64,000 nt of DNA from an uncultured Pseudomonadales bacterium. Lineage in GTDB: Bacteria > Patescibacteriota > Microgenomatia > UBA1400 > PJMF01. Within the stretch, counting starts at the first letter, position 1. Every line of letters starts with the position of its first letter. The stretch covers positions 2,025 through 66,024 of the forward strand of contig CAZYRN010000003.1 of assembly GCA_964650185.1 (NCBI GenBank), written 5' to 3'. Position numbers and translations under genes: made by a program. This document shows, piece after piece, positions 8,903-17,594 of the stretch. The notes below the pieces were generated by a model. That model ran no database searches and had not been told where the DNA came from. It was given only the letters and a program-made list of their open reading frames with translations.

Positions 8903-10226
8903 TATTCAAGCAATTCAAGCTAGAGAAATTCTAAACTCGCAGGGGTTGCCCACGATTGAGTGCAATTTGTGGCTGGATACTGGTTATTTTGTCAGCACCA
9001 GCGTCCCCACCAGTAATAATCCAGGCAAAAATGAAGCGATTGAGCTACACGACAATCAACCTGAACGGATGGTGGGGAGAGGTGTGCTGGAAGCGGTTAA
9101 TAATATTAATAACATTATTGCCCCTGCCTTAGTTGGCCATGATCCCACCCAGCAAACCACTGCCGACCAACTCATGATCGATCTAGACGGTACCGCCAAT
9201 AAGGAAAAATTGGGTGCCAATGCTATCTTGGCTGTTTCGCAAGCAGTTTTAAAAGCTGGTGCAGTTAGTGTGGGGATGTCGCTTTATTACTACCTGCAGC
9301 AAAAATACCAGCTGACTGACTCTCTCAGGATCCCCACCGTCATCTACAGCATGCTTAATGGCGGTGCTCACGGAGCGCAAAACCTTGATCTGAAGGACTT
9401 TTCCATTATTCCTGCCAGCAACTTAGACTATCCCACTTCACTCAATATGGCGGTTAATTTTTTCCATAAACTGGAAGAGGTGTTGATAACTAAGGAAGCG
9501 ATTCACTGCGTTGGTAAAGCCGGCGGTTTTGCGCCAAATTTATATTCCAACACTGACGCGCTGCATATTTTATTGGAAACTTCTAAAGCCACTCCTTATA
9601 CCTTTACTCAGGATCTCTTTTTTGGCCTAGATGCTTCAGCTTTTAATTTTGTTTCAGAAAGCAAGTATAAACTTAAAGACAGAGCTCAGCCTTATACCGC
9701 TGATGAACTATTTACTTACTATCAGAATCTGCGTAACTCACATCAGGTGACCTACTTTGAAGATCCATTTAGCGAAGATGACTGGAAAGCTTGGCAAAAA
9801 ATTACGGCAGAATTGGGACCAACCACTAATATTGTCGGTGATAGCCTGTTAGTGACCAGTCAGGCCAAAGTTGCCGAAGCTATTGAGAAAAAAGCCTGCA
9901 ATGGCATCTCCATTAAGCCCAATCAAGCCGGCAGTATCAGCGAAACTATTGGCGTCATTAAACAAGCTCAAGATGCGGGCTGGAAAGTGACTATCTCTCA
10001 TCGCAGTGGTGAGACAAATGATACTTTCCTGGCTGATCTAGCCGTCGGAGTAGGGGCAGATTTTGCCAAGTTTGGCGCACCTAATCGAGGCGAAAGAGTG
10101 GCTAAGTACAATCGCTTACTAGAAATTCAGGCTGAGCTGGAACAGTTGACGGCCGTCCAGCCCGCCGACATTGTAACTGATCAAGTCAATCCTACGACTG
10201 ATCAAACCACAGCTGCAACCAGCTAG
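8895..10226 (+). CDS. eno: Enolase (phosphopyruvate hydratase)
   Basis: Enolase signature SHRSGETNDTFLADLAV, the IKPNQAGSISE loop and an N-terminal barrel domain. 8-nt overlap with the upstream gene. Confidence 0.92.
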   Translation: MASIQAIQAREILNSQGLPTIECNLWLDTGYFVSTSVPTSNNPGKNEAIELHDNQPERMVGRGVLEAVNNINNIIAPALVGHDPTQQTTADQLMIDLDGTANKEKLGANAILAVSQAVLKAGAVSVGMSLYYYLQQKYQLTDSLRIPTVIYSMLNGGAHGAQNLDLKDFSIIPASNLDYPTSLNMAVNFFHKLEEVLITKEAIHCVGKAGGFAPNLYSNTDALHILLETSKATPYTFTQDLFFGLDASAFNFVSESKYKLKDRAQPYTADELFTYYQNLRNSHQVTYFEDPFSEDDWKAWQKITAELGPTTNIVGDSLLVTSQAKVAEAIEKKACNGISIKPNQAGSISETIGVIKQAQDAGWKVTISHRSGETNDTFLADLAVGVGADFAKFGAPNRGERVAKYNRLLEIQAELEQLTAVQPADIVTDQVNPTTDQTTAATS

Positions 10227-10261
10227 TGTTACCATGATTGAAATGATTTAGAATAGAGAAC

Positions 10262-11980
10262 ATGACTGATCAAATAATGGACCAAACTCAGCCCAACCCC
10301 ACCTCTCAGCCCAACCTTAGCTCTCAACCTTTCACTGAGACACATCCCCGCAACAGCTATCAAGGCATTAAACCAGTGGTCCTGCTGATTCTAGATGGCT
10401 GGGGCATTGGTCCCAACAATGCCGGCAATGCCATTACTCAAGCCCACACACCTAACATGGATAAATACTGGATCAGTTTTCCCCATACTCAGCTAGCTGC
10501 CAGCGGTGAAGCAGTTGGTTTGCCGCGCGGTGAGGATGGTAATACAGAGACTGGTCACCTCAATATTGGAGCTGGCCATATCGTTTACCAAGACTTACCC
10601 AGAATTAACATGTCCATTGCTGATGGCTCTTTTTTTAATAACCAAGCCCTCTTAAATGCGGTCCAGCATGTCAAACAAAATAACTCGGTGTTGCACCTGA
10701 TGGGCTTAATCGGCGCGGGCGGAGTTCATTCCAATATTGAACATCTCTATGCCTTGCTTAATTTTGCCAAAAAGAACAACTTAGAAAAAGTTTATATTCA
10801 TGGCTTTACCGATGGCCGAGACTCGCCGCCTACGGCAGGGGTTAATTACATCCAGCAGTTGCAGGAAAGATGCAAGCAGCTAGGAATAGGCCGCATCGCC
10901 ACACTCATGGGTCGTTACTATGGCATGGATCGTGACAAGCGCTGGGAAAGAATTGAAAAAGCCTACAACGCTCTCACCATTGGGGCAGCCGCCTGTACTC
11001 AAGATCCCATCGCAGCTTTACAAGAGCAGTACAGCCAAAATATCACTGACGAGTTTATTGAACCAATTGCCGTTTGTGATGAATCAGGCCAGCCACAAAC
11101 TATTCAGGATAATGATGCTGTCATCTTCTTTAACTATCGAATTGATCGGCCGCGGGAGCTGACCAGAGCCTTCGTTCAGCCTAATTTTGAAGAGGGCATT
11201 AAGCACCAAGCTTTTGACCCTTATACCGAAAAGTATGAGAAAACCAACATTCAGCCTCAAGTTCACATCTCCACTTTTCAGCGGCAAAAAATTATTAACA
11301 ATCTGTATTTTGTCACCATGACCAGATATGAAGAAGGTTTGCCAACTGATGTGGCTTTTCCGCCACAGTTTGTTAAAAACCCAATTGGCAAAGTTTTGGC
11401 CACTCATGGCATTAAACAATTGCGGATAACAGAGACTGAAAAAGAACGGTTTGTCACTTACTACATGAACGGCCAGATTGAAGAGCTTTTTCCAGGCGAA
11501 GATCGTGCCATCTTACCCTCCAAGGGAGTCAAATCTTATGATGAGGCACCTGAGATGAGCGCTCGAGAAATTACCGATCAAATGTTGGACCGGTTGTTTA
11601 AATATGACTATGACGTGGTCATTGCCAACATTTGCAATGGTGATATGGTGGGTCACACCGGCAACCTAGAAGCTGCCATCAAGGCTTGCGAAGTGGTGGA
11701 TGAAGTAGTAGGCAGAATTGTTGATGCCGTCTCTGCTCATGGCGGCATAGTCCTGATCACAGCTGATCATGGTAATGTTGAAGAAATGATTGATACTGAA
11801 ACCGGCCAAGTCGACACTGAACACTCCACTTATCCCGTGCCATTTATCGTCGTTGGTCCTCAATATGCTGGTCAGCCAGTCCAACTGCCGACGGGCATCT
11901 TGGCAGATATTGCACCAACTATGCTACACTTAATGGGTTTGCCCAAGCCTGATACTATGACGGGCCGGGCGTTAATTTAG
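10262..11980 (+). CDS. gpmI: 2,3-bisphosphoglycerate-independent phosphoglycerate mutase
   Basis: Typical iPGM N-terminus (VVLLILDGWGIG), metal/phospho-serine region, and C-terminal ITADHGN motif. Confidence 0.92.
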   Translation: MTDQIMDQTQPNPTSQPNLSSQPFTETHPRNSYQGIKPVVLLILDGWGIGPNNAGNAITQAHTPNMDKYWISFPHTQLAASGEAVGLPRGEDGNTETGHLNIGAGHIVYQDLPRINMSIADGSFFNNQALLNAVQHVKQNNSVLHLMGLIGAGGVHSNIEHLYALLNFAKKNNLEKVYIHGFTDGRDSPPTAGVNYIQQLQERCKQLGIGRIATLMGRYYGMDRDKRWERIEKAYNALTIGAAACTQDPIAALQEQYSQNITDEFIEPIAVCDESGQPQTIQDNDAVIFFNYRIDRPRELTRAFVQPNFEEGIKHQAFDPYTEKYEKTNIQPQVHISTFQRQKIINNLYFVTMTRYEEGLPTDVAFPPQFVKNPIGKVLATHGIKQLRITETEKERFVTYYMNGQIEELFPGEDRAILPSKGVKSYDEAPEMSAREITDQMLDRLFKYDYDVVIANICNGDMVGHTGNLEAAIKACEVVDEVVGRIVDAVSAHGGIVLITADHGNVEEMIDTETGQVDTEHSTYPVPFIVVGPQYAGQPVQLPTGILADIAPTMLHLMGLPKPDTMTGRALI

Positions 11981-11995
11981 CAAAAAGGGAATATT

Positions 11996-12682
11996 ATGGG
12001 TGGAATTACATCATTTCTAATCGAGTTAATGCAGGAGCTGGCTCAGCGTGTGCCGTTACCGCTCTTCACTGTGCTCGGTGCCATGATTGAAGAAATTTTG
12101 GCGCCAATTCCATCACCGGTCATCATGACCTTATCTGGTTCATTAGCTGCCGCTAGCAATCAGCCCATCTCGTATTTAGCATTTTTAGCCTTAATCGGTG
12201 CCATCGCCAAAACTTTTGGCAGCTGGGTAGTTTATCTTGTCGCTGATAAGGCGGAAGACTTCATTATTAGCAAATTTGGTCGAATTCTCGGTGTCAGCAA
12301 AGACGATACGGAAGGTTTTGGCAAATATCTCAACAAAGGCTGGCGGGATGACATTGTATTATTCTTACTCAGAGCCCTACCCATCATGCCTACCGCCCCA
12401 GTCTCAGTTGTGTGTGGCTTAATTAAGCTCAATCTGCGCACCTATCTGGTATCAACCTTTTTCGGCACCATCGTCCGCAATGCTTTTTATCTTTACTTTG
12501 GCTACACCAGCCTGCATGCTTTGGAAACAATCAATGAAGGCTTTGACAGTCTAGAAACCATTGGCTACATCATTTTGGCTGTCTTGTTTGGCGGTTTGAC
12601 ACTCTGGTTCTACAAAAAAAGACGATCTGGCCAAGAGCTGTCCTTCTTTGACCGAGTGACTAAGATCCTCAAAATTAAATAA
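11996..12682 (+). CDS. DedA/TVP38 (VTT-domain) family membrane protein
   Basis: 228-aa polytopic membrane protein with DedA-like re-entrant-loop motifs. Assignment is moderate. Confidence 0.5.
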   Translation: MGGITSFLIELMQELAQRVPLPLFTVLGAMIEEILAPIPSPVIMTLSGSLAAASNQPISYLAFLALIGAIAKTFGSWVVYLVADKAEDFIISKFGRILGVSKDDTEGFGKYLNKGWRDDIVLFLLRALPIMPTAPVSVVCGLIKLNLRTYLVSTFFGTIVRNAFYLYFGYTSLHALETINEGFDSLETIGYIILAVLFGGLTLWFYKKRRSGQELSFFDRVTKILKIK

Positions 12683-12824
12683 TTAGTACCAAAAAGACGA
12701 ATCACCTCACTTTCACCCGAACTCAACTGAATTTTGATACTGCCTCATTCTTGATGTTTGTTATATTTTGATAGCTTAAGATCATATTGCATCTTCGCTT
12801 CTCTTTCGGTTATGCTGTATTTAA

Positions 12825-12845
12825 TTCGGGAAGTTTACGCCCGAA
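12825..12845. promoter_or_regulatory. Perfect inverted repeat TTCGGG-N9-CCCGAA 28 nt upstream of the lexA start (candidate operator or 5'-UTR hairpin)
   Basis: 6-bp perfect inverted-repeat arms seen directly. Position fits a LexA autoregulatory box, but the motif matches no LexA-box consensus known to me. Confidence 0.3.
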
Positions 12846-12873
12846 GCAGTAGTTAAGTTCAGAAAGGATTCAG

Positions 12874-13494
12874 GTGGCGGTAACTCTCTACAAACGGCAA
12901 CGGCAAATTTTAGATTTTATTGCTCAGTATATTCAGAGCAATGGTTATGCGCCCACCCTACAGGAAATTGCGACAGCAATTGGCGTTTCTTCTTTAGCAA
13001 CTGTTCATGAACATCTCCAAGCTTTAGAGCGGAAGAAAGTGATCCGCCGCTTTGATGGTCAAGTGAGAGGCATTGAAGTTGTTGATCGAACTTTCCTTAA
13101 TTCTGATGAAGGCATTGATGTCCCCATCATGGGTTTTATCGCGGCCGGCAAGCCAATTGAGCCTTATCAGGATCCCGATGCTTCTTTTAAAGTCTCACCA
13201 GAAATGATTTCAGGTAAAAAACGCGCATACGTCTTGCAAGTTAAAGGTCAGTCAATGATCGAGGATCATATTGATGACGGCGACTACGTGGTCATTGAGG
13301 AAACTCAAGAAGTCAGTGATGGCGATATCGTGGTAGCTCTGTTGGATAATGGGCTAGCTACTTTAAAGCGCTACTACAAAGAGGTGACACGAGTCAGACT
13401 TGAACCAGCTAACTCCAACATGAGCCCCATCTATGCCGTCAACGTGCAGATTCAGGGTAGAGTAGTGGGGCTGATTCGGAAGTTTAAGTATTAA
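12874..13494 (+). CDS. lexA: LexA repressor (S24 peptidase)
   Basis: N-terminal winged HTH. Ala-Gly cleavage-site region (FIAAGKPIEP). Catalytic Ser in the GQSM motif and Lys in LATLKR. GTG start with an AAGGA RBS. Confidence 0.88.
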   Translation: MAVTLYKRQRQILDFIAQYIQSNGYAPTLQEIATAIGVSSLATVHEHLQALERKKVIRRFDGQVRGIEVVDRTFLNSDEGIDVPIMGFIAAGKPIEPYQDPDASFKVSPEMISGKKRAYVLQVKGQSMIEDHIDDGDYVVIEETQEVSDGDIVVALLDNGLATLKRYYKEVTRVRLEPANSNMSPIYAVNVQIQGRVVGLIRKFKY

Positions 13495-13539
13495 GAACTT
13501 CTTCTTATTTTCGTATCTTAATATATCTAACTATATAAA

Positions 13540-13561
13540 AGCAGTTACTAAGCAGTTACTA
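13540..13561. repeat. Tandem direct repeat (AGCAGTTACTA x2)
   Basis: Two perfect 11-nt copies lying directly next to the CIRCE-like element. Confidence 0.5.
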
Positions 13562-13565
13562 ATCA

Positions 13566-13592
13566 TTAGCACTCCCATCGTCAGACTGCTAA
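13566..13592. promoter_or_regulatory. CIRCE-like inverted repeat TTAGCACTC-N9-GACTGCTAA
   Basis: Matches the HrcA operator consensus TTAGCACTC-N9-GAGTGCTAA at 17 of 18 positions. Unusually, it sits in the 3' intergenic region between the convergent lexA and PduO-like genes. Confidence 0.4.
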
Positions 13593-13627
13593 TTCACCAT
13601 TTTCATTTTTTTAATTGATGTACAGGG

Positions 13628-14212
13628 TTATTTCTTACTCTTTAATTCTTTTTCTTGGTATTGTTGCAACTGATTAATTTGGCATCTTAACAAATATAGA
13701 TAGTCAGACAAGCGGTTAAGAAATTTTAAAATCACTGGTGAGACAGTGGTTACTTCACTTAACTTAAAACCAACTCTTTCCGCTCGCCGCGCTACTGTCC
13801 GCGCCACATCAAAATATCCACCCAGCACCGTACCGCCAGGAAACAAAAACTGCCGGTGCCAATCATCAGCCAACTGCTCTTGTAGCACGTCAGCCTTGGC
13901 TTCTAAATCTGCCAAATCAGCTTCCTGATATTTTTTGCCAGGGTATTGAGCTACTTCCGCACTAATTTCATATAACTGCTGCTGAATTTTTTCTAAATCA
14001 GCCCTCATGGCTGGAGCGGAAAACTTTTCTGTCGCCGCCTTGGCCAAATCAGCCTCTTTTTCTCTCAACTCAGCCACAATTAAACCCAGCCAAGAACTCA
14101 ACTCATCCAGCCCACCTATAAACTCCATCACCAGGCTATGTTTAGGCACGCGCTTGCCATTCGCCAAGCTGGTCTGACCTTGGTCACCGGTTTTAGTTGA
14201 GATAGAGATCAT
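13628..14212 (-). CDS. PduO-type ATP:cob(I)alamin adenosyltransferase-family protein
   Basis: N-terminal ISTKTGDQGQTSLANGKRVPK (compare the PduO/MMAB motif TKTGDxGxTSLxxGxRxxK) and the helical-bundle remainder. ATGA start/stop overlap with the upstream CofE-like gene. Confidence 0.7.
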   Translation of the reverse strand: MISISTKTGDQGQTSLANGKRVPKHSLVMEFIGGLDELSSWLGLIVAELREKEADLAKAATEKFSAPAMRADLEKIQQQLYEISAEVAQYPGKKYQEADLADLEAKADVLQEQLADDWHRQFLFPGGTVLGGYFDVARTVARRAERVGFKLSEVTTVSPVILKFLNRLSDYLYLLRCQINQLQQYQEKELKSKK

Positions 14213-14997
14213 TTCTTAGTCTCCCAAGGAGCTGCTAACAACATCGGTCCGTAAACATCATCTTTCATCTTGATCTGCAGCTCGTTAATTTCTTTTTGAG
14301 TGGTAGCGCGATTTTGAAACTGCACCATTTTTGAATCTTGAATCAGGCAAAGTGGCTGAGCTTCGTCCGTTTCACCCATTTCCAAGACTGCCGCTACTGC
14401 TAAAGCTTCCGCCACTGCAACTTGAGTCATCTGCATCTGGTGACCAAATAAATCAGCTTGACCAATCTTATTATTCAGCGCCTTAAAACCACAATGACCC
14501 AAGCTGGTGCCAATCACACCCCACTTGAGAGGAAAAGTTCGACTGTCAGTAATCACCACCCCGACTTCTTTAACTCCAAACTCTTTTCTTAAAAATTGCC
14601 AGATCTGACGTGCGGACCGATAGGGATTTTCCGGCAGCAAAATGTAGTGACCATTGGCATTTGACTCATCAACACCGGCATTGACCGCCACCGTGCTGTG
14701 TTTGACAGTAATCATGATCTGGTACTGCGAGTGCGAAGCATCGATATAGGCTTCAGCCTCCTGCTTAGCCAGCAGTTGTTTTTCTTCTTTAGTGCCTGTC
14801 TGGATGGGCACCAGCCGGCCTTCGCAGATGGCAACTACCTTAGAAGTGACCGCCAGAACGCTTTTCTCGGGCAATTCTCGGACAGAATCTCTAATTAAAG
14901 CCAATAAATCATAGCCTTCATGAATGACTGGCGTAGCAATGGGTGTAACTCTCATAACCCGAATTATAACGCCTTTAGCTGTATAATGAAGATTCAT
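14209..14997 (-). CDS. CofE-like F420-0:gamma-glutamyl ligase family protein
   Basis: PF01996-like motifs: SKVVAICEGR, VVITDSRTFPLKWGVIGTSLG, and a C-terminal DLFGHQMQMTQVAVAEALAVAAVLEMGETDEAQPLCLI. An alternative start at M15 (14955) is possible. Confidence 0.65.
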   Translation of the reverse strand: MNLHYTAKGVIIRVMRVTPIATPVIHEGYDLLALIRDSVRELPEKSVLAVTSKVVAICEGRLVPIQTGTKEEKQLLAKQEAEAYIDASHSQYQIMITVKHSTVAVNAGVDESNANGHYILLPENPYRSARQIWQFLRKEFGVKEVGVVITDSRTFPLKWGVIGTSLGHCGFKALNNKIGQADLFGHQMQMTQVAVAEALAVAAVLEMGETDEAQPLCLIQDSKMVQFQNRATTQKEINELQIKMKDDVYGPMLLAAPWETKK

Positions 14998-15025
14998 GCC
15001 TAAGTTACATTTCTTATAATTTCTA

Positions 15026-17407
15026 ATGCTTAAACTAAAATCTGCTTACCAGCCTACCGGCGATCAGCCCCAAGCAATTGAGGCTTTGACTGCTGGAGTC
15101 CAAAATGGCAATCCGCACCAGGTTTTACTAGGTGTGACGGGCTCAGGCAAGACATATTCGATCGCCAATGTCATTGAAAAAACGCAAAAACCGACTTTAG
15201 TTATCGCTCACAACAAAACTTTAGCAGCTCAGCTCTATCAAGAGTTTAGAGATTACTTTCCTAATAATGCGGTCAGTTACTTTGTTTCTTACTACGATTA
15301 CTACCAACCAGAGGCGTACATTCCCACCACTGATACCTATATCGAGAAGGAAACCGATATTAACGATGAGATTGATAAACTACGCCTGGCCGCTACCACC
15401 AACTTGCTGACTCGAGATGATGTGATAGTCGTGTCGTCTGTATCATGTATTTATAACTTGGGTTCACCGGTGCAGTATGGCAAGTATGTGCTGGAAATAG
15501 TCGAGGGGGAGTTGATCGGCAGGAAAGATTTACTGCTGAGGCTATCTCAGTTGCAATACGAAAACTCTGCAGCTGATTTACGGCGCGGTACTTATCGAGT
15601 CCGAGGCGATACGATTCAGCTCTGGCCAGCCTATGAAGACCGAGCACTGCGGATTGAAACTTTAGAAAATAAGATCACCCAAATCAAGTGGATTGATCCC
15701 GTCACTGGCAGCAATATTCCTCAACATCAGCTTGATCAATACGAGCAGCAGCAGCGGGCATTCACCATCTACCCCGCCAAGCACTACATGATTAACCCCA
15801 AAACTCAGGATCAGGCCTTGGCTGAGATCAAGCGTGATCTTGAGGTCAGGCTGAAGGAGTTGCAGGCAGAAAACAAAGTTTTTGAGGCTCATCGACTGCA
15901 GCAGCGAGTTAATTATGATATGGAGATGATTCGCGAGTTTGGCTTCGTCAATGGTATTGAGAACTACTCGAGGTATTTTGACGGTCGTCAAGCCAATGAT
16001 CCGCCTTTCTCATTACTGGATTATTTTCAGCATAATGCCCAAGAGTTTGGCCACGACTCATTTTTAACCATAATTGACGAAAGTCATATGACGATTCCGC
16101 AAATTAGAGGTATGTACGCTGGGGACCAGTCAAGAAAAAGTACCCTGGTAGATTACGGTTTCCGACTGCCCAGTGCTTTAGATAATCGGCCACTGCGTTT
16201 TGATGAGTTTTTAGCCAGAACCCCTCAAACGATTTATGTCTCCGCCACTCCTAAAGAATGGGAAATAGAACAAGCGAGAGGGAAAGTAGTGGAGCAGCTG
16301 GTGCGGCCAACTGGACTGCTTGACCCAGAAATTGAACTGCGGCCAACTCAAAGCCAGATTGAAGACTTAATTATTGAGATCATTAAGCGGAAGTTAATTG
16401 GCCAACGGGTGCTAGTAACCACTTTAACTAAAAAAATGGCTGAAGCCTTGACTGAGTACCTCAATGATCGGCACAAAATTGACCAGCTAGTCCAAAGTTT
16501 TATTGAGAAACAGCGCCAGCAGCAGGCACAGCTTGATCCAGAGCGGGTGATTAACGCTAACGAGATGCTGCCAGTGGGTGAGTTGGAAATTGGTAAGCTT
16601 GATCATCGCTACCAGACGCAGGCTGAGCTACCGCCAGAGATGCTGAGATACTTTGAGGCGGTGAATCGGGGAGAAGAGCAGGGAGAAGCCGTGGGTAATG
16701 CAAGTGAAGGCGCCGACCCAAGTGAAGCCACGGCTGAGTGGTATCCAAAAGTTGCCTACTTGCACGCGGATGTGGAAACTTTTGAGCGGTCGGACATCTT
16801 AGATGAGCTACGGCAGGGAGCATATGACGTGGTGGTGGGAATAAACTTGCTGCGGGAAGGACTAGACTTGCCCGAAGTGACGCTGGTGGCTATTTTAGAC
16901 GCAGATAAAGAGGGCTTTTTAAGATCACGCATCTCCTTAATTCAGACGATGGGGAGGGCGGCGCGACACGTCGAGGGGCAAGCGATTTTATACGCTGACA
17001 ATTTAACCGGCTCGATGCGGGAGGCGATCGCGGAAACCCAGCGCCGCCGCCTAGTTCAGCTCGAGTACAATCAACAACATGGCATTGATCCGCAAACAAT
17101 TGTGAAGCCAATTCGAGAACGACTGATTGAAAAAAAAGAAGAGACTGAAGACAGCACCACACTTACTAGAGGTTTTCGCTTCCAGGATCAGGGTCAAGCT
17201 ACCTATGGTCAGCCGCTGATGATTGACCTCGATGGTAAACAAATTGACCTGAACCAGGTTGATTTTGATGCCATGACCCCACCTGATTTGAAAAAGTTTT
17301 TGAAAAAAATCTCCCAGCGAATGCGTCAGGCTGCCGCTGAGATGGACTTTGAACTCGCTGCAGTCTTGCGAGATTGGATTAAAGCTCAGTCTGACTCAGC
17401 AAACTAA
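15026..17407 (+). CDS. uvrB: Excinuclease ABC subunit B, with a ~90-aa insertion
   Basis: Walker A GVTGSGKT, a YYDYYQPEAY beta-hairpin region, helicase motifs (GINLLREGLD, QTMGRAAR), and a C-terminal UVR domain. 793 aa against ~670 typical; the extra segment falls between LTEYL...H and KVAYLH. Confidence 0.92.
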   Translation: MLKLKSAYQPTGDQPQAIEALTAGVQNGNPHQVLLGVTGSGKTYSIANVIEKTQKPTLVIAHNKTLAAQLYQEFRDYFPNNAVSYFVSYYDYYQPEAYIPTTDTYIEKETDINDEIDKLRLAATTNLLTRDDVIVVSSVSCIYNLGSPVQYGKYVLEIVEGELIGRKDLLLRLSQLQYENSAADLRRGTYRVRGDTIQLWPAYEDRALRIETLENKITQIKWIDPVTGSNIPQHQLDQYEQQQRAFTIYPAKHYMINPKTQDQALAEIKRDLEVRLKELQAENKVFEAHRLQQRVNYDMEMIREFGFVNGIENYSRYFDGRQANDPPFSLLDYFQHNAQEFGHDSFLTIIDESHMTIPQIRGMYAGDQSRKSTLVDYGFRLPSALDNRPLRFDEFLARTPQTIYVSATPKEWEIEQARGKVVEQLVRPTGLLDPEIELRPTQSQIEDLIIEIIKRKLIGQRVLVTTLTKKMAEALTEYLNDRHKIDQLVQSFIEKQRQQQAQLDPERVINANEMLPVGELEIGKLDHRYQTQAELPPEMLRYFEAVNRGEEQGEAVGNASEGADPSEATAEWYPKVAYLHADVETFERSDILDELRQGAYDVVVGINLLREGLDLPEVTLVAILDADKEGFLRSRISLIQTMGRAARHVEGQAILYADNLTGSMREAIAETQRRRLVQLEYNQQHGIDPQTIVKPIRERLIEKKEETEDSTTLTRGFRFQDQGQATYGQPLMIDLDGKQIDLNQVDFDAMTPPDLKKFLKKISQRMRQAAAEMDFELAAVLRDWIKAQSDSAN

Positions 17408-17594
17408 TTTAACCAACCAACTCAGCGAACTGACGCTACTGATAATTAATACCCGCTTCTTACTTACCGACCCTGCCAGCCGAGACGGAAAAGCGGTATA
17501 ATGTAGGTTTGCGTTTTTTGCGATTTACGCACAAAATTACGTACGGATCAAATACAAAAAACTAAAAAATTTATACAAAAAAACTAAATAACTT

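Noticed and set aside
17470-17560. LexA-type operator upstream of uvrA (shared TTTACGC heptamer with the lexA upstream palindrome).
   Set aside because: Only a 7-nt identity and no inverted repeat. That is too short to support a site.
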